Part shown: in pieces, positions 53,101 through 64,000 of the stretch
How positions within the stretch are numbered: the first letter of the stretch is position 1
Layout of the letters: every line of letters begins with the position of its first letter
Assembly: GCA_030704615.1 (NCBI GenBank)
Contig: CM060733.1
Location: 66,650,001-66,714,000 of the forward strand
Direction of reading: 5' to 3'
Origin: Takakia lepidozioides
Taxonomy: Eukaryota > Plantae > Bryophyta
DNA length: 64,000 bases
The notes under the pieces: model-generated
What the model saw: the letters and a program-made list of their open reading frames with translations, nothing else
Told to the model about the DNA's origin: nothing
Databases searched by the model: none
Position numbers and translations under genes: made by a program

Positions 53101-56100
53101 TTGGTCATTGCAACCTTCAATGTACCCCTGTTATCAAGTCTCGAGATGGTACCATTAGCCATGAAATCCAAGCCTAAGCTAGAGCATGTAGTTTTAAAGG
53201 ACACATCGTCCATCCTGGGATTCACCCCAAAAACTACACATGAAGCCCTAGATTTGGCATAAGTAACCAATTCCCAGGGATCACCCTGAGGAGTGTTGAT
53301 GTTGATAGGAGCTAAATTTTTGATTGTGTTCGCAGGCCATAAGTTTAAGCACAGGAACCAACCCGAGCCCAAGTGCCGAGTATGCTAGACAGAGCATACG
53401 ACTGCCCAATTTGGGCGGAGGGGCTGCCCCCAAGCGGTAGGAGTCCGCTTGTTACCATTCAGAGATCACACTCCAGGGAGTTGCAGGGAATGGCCCGTGT
53501 AGGCATATTCTAAAGAGGGAAAGGCCCCAAGCTTTCCAACTAAATCCAATGCACTACCTTACCTGAAGCAAAGCGTTTCAGGTCGAAACAAACAAGGACA
53601 CGAGGTCACAAGGCCGGCATTTAGTCACAGAAACATTAATGTACTCCCGTTTCAAGTCCACCCAATGTCAATAGGCTTCCTAGAGGACAGGGAGAGGAAA
53701 GTATCAAAGAGAGAGAGAGAGAGAGAGAGAGAGAATAGACTTACCAGGCAACCGACTGAGAGAATGTGTGACAGGTGGCTGACATCAAACAGTCCTGCCA
53801 AGATGGCCGCTACAGCCCCCACCCAGATTTGTGCCTGTACAGGTGTATGATGTTCTGGGTGTATCCTAGCAAACATAGAGGGCAACAATCCATCTCGCCC
53901 CAGGCCCAGGTATAGCCGGGACTGCCCCCCCACCATCCACACATACAAGTTCACTTGTAAGCAGAAGAAAACACCAAATCTAGAATCTTAAATGGAAGAA
54001 TGGTAATCAAGACAGACCCAAGAAGTCCCCTCACACCTGGTGGCATGTGAGAAATAAACCATCCTTGTGCCAGACTTTCAAAAAATGGTGGTCCTTCACC
54101 AAACAAATTCCAAAAAGTACAATTGCAGAATATACAGAAGCTCTGGCAGAGGCAAAGACGAGAGGACAGTGGGCTGGAAGGTTTGTATAACGCTCTAGCT
54201 TCAAACATATGTGTTACTGGATGATTGACGTGCCCATACCTGGACATAGAGCCCCACAAGGAGAGTGGTTGTCAGGCCTGCCACGGCGCCAACCCCAATC
54301 AAGGTACTGATAAGGGTGAGGCCCTTGGCAATAAAAGCATCTTCCAATGGAGCATCACCGCCCAGCTCGTAGTAAGGCACCATGCCTGTGACCACCAAAC
54401 ACACTCCAAAGTATAGCCCTGCACATGCCAACAAGCTCACGAGTATGCCTAATGGCAAATCTCGCTGCAGGAAAGATACTATGGTCAGAAGAAGAACAAA
54501 CAGGGGACAGATGAGAAATATCCTCAAATTGACAGAAAGTGATGTATGGACACATGAGAGACATATCAAACATCCAGGAAATGGGAAACATAAGTTCGCA
54601 CCTGGCAACTTAACCAATCATCACATAACCCAAAACATGTTATTGAAATCATTATGTAAATTGGCTCGAAATACTTCTGATCATTCATTCTTGGTCTTTC
54701 ACCAGACAACAAATTGTGAGTGGACTGGAAGTACCTGAGGATCTTTACTCTCCTCCGCTGAATTGGCAACTGCATCAAATCCTACATAAGCAAAAAACAC
54801 AACAGTGGCCCCTGTAATAATCGCCTTAACTCCATTGGGAGCAAACGGGGTCCAGTTGGAAGGGTCAATTTTCACATACCCAAATGCAATCACCAATAAT
54901 ACGATTACCACCTGGCATTCACCACATCAGCAAACAGCCACTTAGGGTAATTCTAACCCCATCTTCACTCTATTTGTCATGAGAATATCAGGTTGGACTT
55001 GGGAGAAACCATGACAACAATCCTGAAACACTGTTGCATAACTAAATCTAACTATGAAATTGTCCAATCCTGTTTTCCATCCCAAATTGGAACACATTAC
55101 TGGACTATGCCATGAAGATGGGTATTTCTTGTTGCTGAGGAGAGTATGTGCCATCCCCATCCAGACAAACATTTATGACACAGTAAGAGACGTACATATC
55201 TAGTGCTTGACATGAGGTAGTCCACAAGAATCCAACTGCCAATTAAAGTGTTCATGACACTTGAACATCAGGGGAGTAGACTGCCAGATGACGTCTACAT
55301 GTGAAAACAATGCAGCATAATCTGACTGCCAGAAAGAACTGCCTCAAATTTGCATGACAGTTGAACAATAATAGGAGAGAAGGCTGGCAGATGTGACAAA
55401 CATAAGTGGAAACAACAAAGAGATAAAAGAGCCAAATAGACTGTTCAAAACATAAGTCCACTGAACAGAGTCCCCACCTGCAAGAGGAACAAGTCTGTCA
55501 ATCTATGAGCATTTAACAGGTAAGACAGTAGCACCAGCATCATGTCTGTTGAGGAGAAGACAAGTACCTTAGTTACTGTCATGACATCATTGACAATTGA
55601 TGATTCCCGAACACCTTGGCACAAAACATAAGTAAGAAGAATTAACAGCAATGGAGCTAGGACATTGATGGACAGAACCCCCCCAAGGAGCTCTAGTCCT
55701 CCAAGCCCCACCCATGCTGGCAGTGATTGCACCACTGGAAATACCTGCCAAATACAAGTTTGCCACATGGTCAGAGATTAAAGAGACCCGTGTTTCTCTA
55801 GCAGATTCTATAATTGTGAGCCACCTTGTTCCCACCTCTTTCTCGCAATCCTTATGCTCTTTTCACAGCACAATTTACAGGCAGTGCCTCGTCACCACAT
55901 CAAAAATACACAATCTCACTAGGTATGCCTTCTTTGTATGCCCGCTTTCCTTTTCCCCGTCTTTAATAGGACCAGACTTGCTCAGCATCCCAAACTTTCA
56001 GTTTGCCTTCATTAGAATCTATTGCTGGTCTACCAGAGAAAAAACCTTAAACCCAACTAGTCCCTCGGATGTCAGCTCCTTCCCTGGTTGTGCTGGCAAG

Positions 56101-57714
56101 GGGTCTATGGCCACAAGGCTACAGCAAATGACGTCTCATAATTACACTCTCTCACCATAAATATGGTTACATTCTCTCTCTCCATACAAGGCTGCAGCAA
56201 GCAGAGCCTCACAGTTCTTCATCCTGTCTCTCTCCCTTTATCCATCTCTGACCCTCACAGTAGACACAGACTAATATCTACACTGGTCAGTTGCTTGATC
56301 AATCAATGAAAATTCATGTGACTAGTTGGTCAACTTGATTTTACCTGGAGAAGAGTGAGGAGATAACTTGATAGGCTGCGAGTAATACTGGCAGCACCAA
56401 TATGGTAGTCCAACATGAGATGGCTGAACACTAAAAATGCAGTAAGTTCATTGAACGTGGAATATGTGTACAAATAAGCACCCCCCACTACAGCTGGAAA
56501 GCGGCTGGAAAGTTCTGCATAGCTGAGAGCATTCGGCACGCATACGGCACCTGCCAGCGCAAAACTCAATACGACCCCTGTAACACCATGAGTTTGCAGT
56601 CAGAACATTTCTGCAATGACCAGGTTCTCCAGGGTTTAAAGATCGAAAGCACCCAAGCTTGATCAGAACTTACACGAAATAGGGTAACCCATCAGAAAAT
56701 TGTCCAATAAAACAACAACCTCTCCAATACAAGCCAAAAGGAGCAAATTGACTAAAGTAGTTTAAAAAGAATGAGTGGCTGGGCCATGACTGCAAGATGG
56801 TATGGCATATACAGATCTTCCGGACCAAGAAGAGTTGCAACCAATATCTAAGAATGCCAAAGCCTGAGACCAATTTGATTAACATACTGCTTCAACCTGA
56901 TTCTTAGATAGAGATTATGAGAAGAAGCTACCAATAATCCACAGCCGACAAGGACAGTAATAAGCAAAAACAAAAACAAGCTTGGGAACAATGAAGGAGG
57001 AAACAAGAATTTCACCACTCATTCCTCCCCTCTGCCAGAAATTGTTTCTCGTCGTGAAGATTCAAACGTATTTTCAAATTATATCGATACGTACTCAGGA
57101 GAAACCTATCCAAAGAGGCCAGAAAAGTGGAGCCATGTTGCAAAATATGAAGGGAGAGAGCCAGCCATGGCCAACGGATACCACTGGCAGTATAGCAGAG
57201 TCCGAGGTACTATTTTATTGCAATACTGAATTAAGCCAGTGTATTTCAGGGCCCCTGAGCCCACAATGCGTAAACCACGCCCCTATATAAGTATTTCTAC
57301 TGAAAAGATAGATCTTAAGCCTGGTGGACATTATTCGGAAAACTCTACCAGTTTGACCTGCGGTGTCGCTGGATAATATTAGAGCGCAAGTGGAAGAGAC
57401 TTCCAAGAAACGAATTTTGAAGAGTTTCATGAGATGGGACGGTTCAGAAAGGTAACCATACCAGGGCCTGCATCATGGGCGACAGTGCCTGTGACCACGA
57501 AAATACCCGCGCCAATGGATGCTCCAATTCCCAGTAAGATAATATCCAACAATCCTAATCGTCGGGTAAGCCCCCCTCCCTCATTCCCTTGCCTGCCTGC
57601 CCCTTTCTGATCAGCTGAACTGCCGACCAAGGGCGGCGGGGTCTTCACACGTAATGCTGAACCTTGAAAATCCTTCCACCAACTCCTGGTCAAGGACTCT
57701 CTGCCTGGAGCCAT
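44114..57714 (-). CDS. CAT9: Cationic amino acid transporter, CAT9-like (APC family). Exons 57714-57462, 56577-56345, 55744-55568, 54911-54735, 54464-54240, 53921-53745, 44972-44721, 44529-44440, 44281-44114
   Basis: LTRRLGLLDIILLGIGASIGAGIFVVTGTVAHDAGPG, YAELSSRFPAVVGGAY, FFAYVGFDAVANSAEES, RLYLGLGRDGLLP, QLHWEAWVRF. GT-AG junctions were located manually. Confidence 0.92.
46320..47492 (-). mobile_element. Older degenerate 5'-truncated LINE copy (copy C), RT region
   Basis: EGQAGFRR, KKAYDTVWCDGL, QGCTLSPLLFNVFI and LMFADDY, with stops and frameshifts; same family as 48967-53697. Confidence 0.9.
47950..48959 (-). mobile_element. Doubly truncated young LINE copy (copy B)
   Basis: Near-identical to ~49236-50244 (few substitutions); begins at YFDLWGLEAN and ends at VLVPLF. 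Confidence 0.92.
48967..53697 (-). mobile_element. Full-length LINE (copy A): single long ORF 53372-48973 with APE endonuclease, RT and C-terminal CCHC finger; one 1-bp frameshift at ~50640
   Basis: APE motifs (ATFNFSGL, GQETW, LLGDFNARVG, IVDYI, SDHFLV); RT (KAGGPDGI, NYRGITLL, QAGFR, LDVKKAYD, QGCTLSPLLF, FADD, YTYLG); CPLCGQSEDSIHFLIHC. A 15-bp TSD aaagtatcaaagaga lies at 48952-48966 and 53698-53712. Confidence 0.95.
53708..53734. repeat. (GA/TC)n microsatellite at the 5' end of CAT9 intron 6, the LINE insertion site
   Basis: Direct read of a run of about 13 AG units. Confidence 0.9.
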
Positions 57715-58234
57715 TCTGAGGGAACCCAAACCCTCCCCCAACCCACTCCTCTTTCCCGAGTCCGACCCTCCTGTCCAACCTAGCGTCTTCCTCTTCTTCG
57801 CTCCATCCCTTTCAATGAATCCTTCGACTCCTTCCTCTACTGCTCAAAAGAAACATGTTTGACTCGCCTCGGGATATTTGTAATCTAAGGATTAGGGCCA
57901 ACTTCCATGTATTGGCCATCGGCCAAGATGACAAAAATGACACCATGCTTCCATGCGTTAAATTTCGCCGACGCCCAGATATCGGTGAGCGCAATACCTG
58001 AGAATTTGGCGCGCGAGTTCATTGCGATACCTATCGGTAATCGCTTTTGATCTGCTGTACTAGGTTACCATGTCTCTTTTACCTGTTGTGAAGGTCACCT
58101 TTGTGCACATTGCTTGCCAGCCCTGCTCTTTGCTTGCGGGACCCACCCTTTGACCGGCTCAATTGGTCCCGGCGCCTTGGACAGCGAGGCAAACCGTGAG
58201 TTATTTGAGATTTTTGCAAGTAACCGCAACCGCA

Positions 58235-61200
58235 GGTTATATCTTGTTCACGGATCCATGCCGATAAACTATACCACGACAGATATGCAAACTGGTGGTC
58301 TGTCAAATGGTCTGGATATTTCATCAGGTAACTGACTGCCTTTGTCGCCAATATCTCTTGTTGGGATCCGATCGTGTTCAAACATCGAATCAACAATTTC
58401 CGGCTTTTGTCGACTGAATGTTTGGAATATAGATCGTCATAAGTTGTTTGGATTTTTTTTTACGGTTATTTGCAAGAGCGAATACATGTGTGATGTGTAG
58501 ACGGAAGATTTTGTGATGTAATCCGTGATGTAGTATATCAGTGCCTTTGCGTCTTTCCCTGAAACACCGATGAACTTCAAATCGTGGTTGCATCTTCTTG
58601 ATACTAACATCCATGGAATTACATTGTTCAACCATCTGTCAATTCATTTTATGTGCAACAGCCCAGTTTCATCGTCGAAATGCGTTTCTTCAACTAATAC
58701 ATCGGGAAATCCGTATCTACAATTCTTTTTTTAAATGTCTTCGTTGGTTTTGTAGCACACGGGATTGCACACGTGGCGATTGCATACATTCAGCAGTTTT
58801 GAAACGTCGCGCGCAAAGTCAGCATGAAATGTTTTAGAGTGAACATCGGGAGGTCTGGTAGTGCACGGATGAATTTCAGTGTTTACATTGTTTTCTTCGT
58901 TGTCAGGGTCAATGGTAGTGGTTGGATTGTCGTCGTCAACCGGTATTTCAGATTTAAATTGGATCAAGCCGCGTACTATGATGTTGTTCAAATATGCCAA
59001 CATTTTTTCCGTTTGAATACTTCGTCGTCTTTTAGTTTTTGTACGAGGTCGTTTGGATTTGGGGCATTTTCTAGCCACAACAATGTGTGTATATGAAGTG
59101 AACCATTTTTCGTTGTTTCGTAACAACCGTAATATGCATTAATGTTTCCAAGTACTCCCGTATTTGTTGTGATAGCTTTGGCGGTCTCTTTGACACGCAG
59201 TAGCCTGTAGGTATTTAAAAACTGCATTCACGATGATGTGTACAAATTTAGCTTGAGATCTCGGATTCGTAGTGGCAATTGCACGCCGTTCATTGTGGTC
59301 TAGGAGGTTTTTGTCAAAAAAAATGTCAATATCGATGTCGTTTCCACTTAGCAGGGACACCAGAGGATGATGTACGAATGTTGGATTCAAAGTGAAGAAC
59401 AAGTTTGGTGTTCCCAACTGTTGCATCATGCTGAATACTTCGTTTCTCTGTGTTGCGCGGCTGCTTCCAGATGTCATCACTTGTTATTTGATACTTTCAA
59501 GTGCCGCAATAACTTTTGAATTTTCGGTTTGTTGTTTATTGTTTTCACGTCCTTTATTATGTCGTTGAAGTCTTCTGAATGGATATTGTTAAGGAGTTGT
59601 GCTTCACTTTGAAATGACGATCTCGACATTGTCAGTTTTGCGCCTAGGCATATTTGTCTACATTGCATTAAATTGAGCAGGAAGAATGGAAATGGGTGGT
59701 GTTTCGAAAAGTCGTGATGGATATCAGTGAGACTCATCAAATACTCAACGTGGGCCTCCAAAGTTACTTTGATTGGACGGTTTTTCATTTCGGTTACGCC
59801 GATTCCGAACGGAAATAACGTTGGAAACATGCACGCGATCAGTTTTGGGTTTGCGTATTCGTTCACCATTTCGATTTCGTGCTTGTATGATAAGTACATG
59901 TTTTGTTGTAGTTGCAATCCATTTAAAACATTGGAGATTAGGTCGTCGTGCTTTATGTCTATTCCGTCGAAATCGATGAGTCTGGAGGTGTCTATGATAG
60001 GCTGGATCGTATCGTCGTCTTTGTTGATTGATATTTTTTTTGTTGTGCAAATCAGTTATGTTGGTACGATGTTCAGCGTTGGCGAATTCAATGTCCGTAG
60101 ATTCAAACACAGATCTCAAGATTGATGGTGGAATATCATTCTCTAGCAGTCCATCCAATATGTCGTTATCAATTTGAATGTCCTTGTAACCTGTGTGATT
60201 GTTTTTCAGCCATGTTAACCATGTCGTCACTGCAAGTCTACGTACGTATAGCAAATTACATGTTTTCACGACATTAACGGGTGGATGTGAAGTCGAAGTG
60301 GACGGCGACAATATCGGATAATGAATCTAAGGGTGGTGACAATTTGTTCAGCAATTCGACCGCACGACTTGGATTTTGAGCAAAACTCACCAAATTTCCT
60401 CTCAATGCCCGTTGTCCCTTTCTGCCCTTATTTACATATCGTAATTTGAACAACATCACACGACAACGGTATCTTGCTATTAATGCTTCTTCAACCATGG
60501 TTAACTTTGGCAAAATGTCGTGAACTTTTCCGATCCACAAACCATTGGCGAGTGCAAACTTTGGCATCTTGTTCTTATTCAAGGTGGAACTGCAGTTTTT
60601 GCAAATGAAGATGGTACGTGCAGTATTTGATACTCCTCGTTTGTCCAATAACAACCCATTTAATTCGTCCAACTGATGTTTTGTGTCATTGATCAATTCT
60701 TGGGGAACCTCTTCCAAGAGAACATGTTCTTCGAAGTGATTTTTTACTTGTAGGCTTAGCCATTTTTTCATGTGTTTCAAGATTTCGCTTTGTAATTCAT
60801 CGATTCTCCATTTCAACATGTTAGATGTTGTTATGTCTCTGCTGCAAACGCAACAATACTGATTGGTGAATGCCGCATTGCTGATGTGTTCTTTGAAGTT
60901 GGATAAACAAAACAAGTTGTTCTCCAAACATATTTCTGATGGGAAAAGATTATTCTTTGGTTTTTTTGCAGGAGCGCTATACAATTGCTCTCGTTTTCTT
61001 TTGAGCTTTTCTTTCTTGTCATTTTTGTTTGCCATATATTTTCGAATTTGTGTAGCACATGTTTGATCTTTGATGAGTGGATATTGGTTTTGTTGGAATG
61101 CATATTTTGCCCTTCGTTTGGCATTTGTCTCTTCTAGATCGGCAGTCGGTTGAGATTCAATTTCCATGGTTTGTTGTGGTTTTCCAAATCTGTATTTTTC

Positions 61201-61403
61201 CCCCCGTTTAGCATTTGTTTCGTCTGGATCTATTTCCGTGGTTTGTGGTGGATTTTTGAATTTATATTTTCCCTTCGTTTGACATTTGTTTCCTCTAGAT
61301 TGGGAGTCGGTTGTTTATATCTTTTCCGTCGTTCATCATTTAGTTTCTCTTTATTTAAAGCATACTTTCTCCGTCTTTAGGCATTAGCAATTTCCTTTTC
61401 CAT
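58235..61403 (-). mobile_element. Helitron Rep pseudogene (DUF6570-like + Helitron_like_N/HUH Rep), truncated before the PIF1 helicase
   Basis: MPKFALANGLWIG..LTMVEEALIAR..LRGNLVSFAQN; MFPTLFPFGIG; GTPNLFFTLNP; HUH motif YETTKNGSLHIHTLLWL; catalytic-tyrosine motif YYITDYITK; several frameshifts and stops. Confidence 0.9.
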
Positions 61404-61604
61404 GTTAAGTTGGTGTTATAGACATCTGGAGATATGTTTTACAAATAAATAATCGTATTCGCATATGACATTGGTCTTTTGATAAAATAGATCATGGTTG
61501 TATAGGTCTAGATGAATTTATCATAACAACAATTGTCTTTGATAGAAATCATTTGTCTTTGATAAGAATCATTTGTCTGCAAAGAGGAATAATAATAATA
61601 ATAC

Positions 61605-64000
61605 TAATAATAAAGGTTTCAAAAAACTACCATTTCTCCCCACCGGACTGGGTTCGAATCCCCTAATGATGCTCGAAGTTATGGCCGGTGCAAAGTTGAT
61701 TGTTCTATTCTAATAAGGCTTGGAAGGACTTTGAGCCTGAGGGGATAAGAATTCAGGGGGAGTTTGAGTCTCTGGGAGGAAAGAGGAAAAATAAAAAGAT
61801 AAAGATAATAAAGGTTGCAAACCCACCCTACTCTCCCTCTTCGGGGAGAGTTCGAGTGCCCAAATAGAAATTGTTTCAAAACTGCCATTCTCCCCCACCG
61901 GACTGGGTTCGAATCCCCTAGTGATGCTGGAAAATATGGTCGGTGCAAAGTTGATTGTTCTATTCTAACAAGGCTTGGAAGGACTTTGAGCCTGAGGGGA
62001 TAAAAATTCAGGGGGAGAAGAGAGTTTGAGTCTCTAAGAGGAAAGAGGAAAAATAAAATAAAACACTAATAAAGGTTTCAAACCCGACCTACTCTCCCTC
62101 TTCGGAGAGAGTTCGAGTTCCGAGAATAAAATTGTTTCCAATTCGCCATTCTCCCCCACCGGACTGGGTTCGAATCCCCTAGTGATGCTCGAAGATATGG
62201 CCGGTGCAAAGTTGATTGTTTTTCTATTCTCACACGGCTTGGAAGGACTTTGAGCCTGAGGGGATAAAAATTTATGGGGAGAAGAGAGTTTGAGTCTCTG
62301 AGAGGAAAAATGAAAAATAAAAAGAAACAGATAATAAAGGTTTCAAACCCGACCTACTCTCCCTCTTCGGAGAGAGTTCGAGTGCCCAGATATAAAAATT
62401 GTTTTAAAAACCGCCATTCTCCCCACCGGACTGGGTTCGAATCCCCTAGTGATGCTGGAAGATATGGCCGGTGCAAAGTTGATTGTTCTACTCTAGCAAG
62501 GCTTGGAAGGACTTTGAGCCTAAGGGGATAAAAATTCAGGGGGAGAAGAGAGTTTGAGTCTCTCAGAGGAAAGAGGAAAAATAAAAATAAACAGATAATA
62601 AAGGTTTCAAACCCGACCTACTCTCCCTCTTCGGAGAGTTCGAGTGCCCAGATAAAAATTGTTTCAAAACTCCCATTCTCCCCCACCCGACTGGGTTCGA
62701 ATCCCCTAGTGATGCTGGAAGATATGGCCAGTGCAAAGTTGATTGTTCTACTCTAACAACTTGGAAGGACTTTGAGCCCGAGGGGATAAAAATTCAGGGG
62801 GAGAAGAGAGTTTGAGTCTCTGAGAGGAAAGAGGAAAAATAAAAATAAAACCATAATAAAGGTTTCAAACCCGACCTACTCTCCCTCTTCGGAGAGAGTT
62901 CGAGTGCCCAGATAAAAATTGTTTCAAAACCGCCATTCTCCCCCACCGGACTGGGTTCGAATCCCCTAGTGATGCTGCTCTGAAGATATTAACCAGTTGA
63001 AAGTTTGATTGTCTATTCTAACAAGGCTTGGAAGGACTTTGAGCCTGAGGGGATAAAAATTCAGGGAGAAGATAGTTTGAGATCTCTAAGAGGAAAGAGG
63101 AAAAATAAAAATTAAAACAAATAAAAAGTGCCCAGATAAAAATTGTTTCAAAACTGCCATTCTCCCCCACCGGACTGGGTTCGAATCCCCTAGTGATGCT
63201 CGAAGATATGGCCAGTGCAAAGTTGATTGTTCTACTCTAACAAGGCTTGGAAGGACTTTGAGCCTGAGGGGACAAAAATTCAGGGGGAGAAGAGAGTATG
63301 AGTCTCTGAGAGGCCATGAAGTTAGGGAAGAGCACCAAACACAAAAAACACACTTTTTACTGTTTGGGGGATGGTAGCCATCGTTCCACAGCCCTTTGGA
63401 AAGCCTCACACGCCTCCAAACCACTTGCGCATATCACCAGGTACTTGCAAATGAAGATTTGAAAAGAACAGATAATAAAGGTTTTCAAACCCGACCTACT
63501 CTCCCTTCGGAGAGAGTTCGAGTGCCCAGATAAAAATTGTTTCAAAACCGCCATTCTCCCCCACCGGGACTGGTTCGAATCCCCTAGTGATGCTGGAAGA
63601 TATGGACGGTGCAAAAGTTGATTGTTCTACTCTAGCAAGGCTTGGAAGGACTTTGAGCCTAAGGGGATAAAAATTCAGGGGGAGAAGAGAGTTTGAGTCT
63701 CTCAGAGGAAAGAGAAAAAATAAAACTAAACACATAATAAAGGTTTCAAACCCGACCTACTCTCCCTCTTCGGAAAGAGTTCGAGTGCCCAGATAAAAAA
63801 TGTTTCAAAACCGCCATTCTCCCCCACCGGACTGGGGTTCGAATCCCTAGTGATGCTCGAAGATATGGCCGGTGCAAAGTTTGATGTTCTATTCTAACAA
63901 GGCTTGGAAGGACTTTGAGCCTAAGGGGATAAAAATTCAGGGGGAGAAGAGAGTTTGAGTCTCTGAGAGGAAAGAGGAAAAATAAAAATAAACAAATAAT
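61605..64000. repeat. Tandem array of ~260-bp units (~9 copies, runs off the right edge) upstream of the Helitron ORF
   Basis: The unit marker aataaaggtt.caaaccc recurs at ~61808, 62068, 62333, 62597, 62855, 63474 and 63737. A partial unit starts at 61608, the unit at ~63120 has a deletion, and there is a foreign insert at ~63315-63465. Confidence 0.95.

Noticed and set aside
53590-53620. HDV-like or hammerhead ribozyme in the LINE leader (gacctcgtgtc on the - strand)
   Set aside because: The loop is too short, I found no P1/P2 pairing partners, and there is no CUGANGA/GAAA core here or in the tandem array.
56530-56540. Pro (CCG) where CAT9 homologues have Leu (CVPNAL vs CVLNAL) as a C-to-U editing site
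   Set aside because: This is a nuclear spliced gene and plant C-to-U editing is organellar, so a substitution or base error is more likely.
61605-64000. tRNA gene cluster, 5S array or CRISPR array
   Set aside because: Only T-arm-like motifs, with no acceptor/D/anticodon arms or 5S similarity. Units are whole-length repeats without unique spacers, and there are no cas genes.

Overview
Eukaryotic nuclear DNA from a green plant; the gene models and transposon types look like a non-seed land plant such as a bryophyte, which is an inference. There are two intact spliced host genes. The first is the chloroplast polyprotein PETs (2x S1 + 2x EF-Ts, + strand, 8 coding exons, 13373-19449). The second is a CAT9-like cationic amino acid transporter (- strand, 9 exons, 57714-44114), whose ~8.8 kb intron 6 holds three copies of one APE-RT LINE family; one copy is full length with a 15-bp TSD. 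The rest is a mosaic of nested and broken transposons: a MULE-type transposase pseudogene with a GCM/WRKY-like finger, a gypsy integrase scrap, a CACTA-TnpA-like remnant, a hAT-like MITE, a complete non-autonomous CACTA carrying PPR fragments, RING-finger and ParB-like cargo genes, and a truncated Helitron preceded by a ~260-bp tandem array rich in tRNA T-arm/B-box-like hairpins. The most notable signal is a decayed LTR-retrotransposon polyprotein reading Gag - Zn knuckles - aspartic protease - DNMT3-like cytosine methyltransferase (36800-33011), i.e. a retroelement carrying its own DNA methyltransferase. All calls come from reading the sequence by eye; no database search was run.
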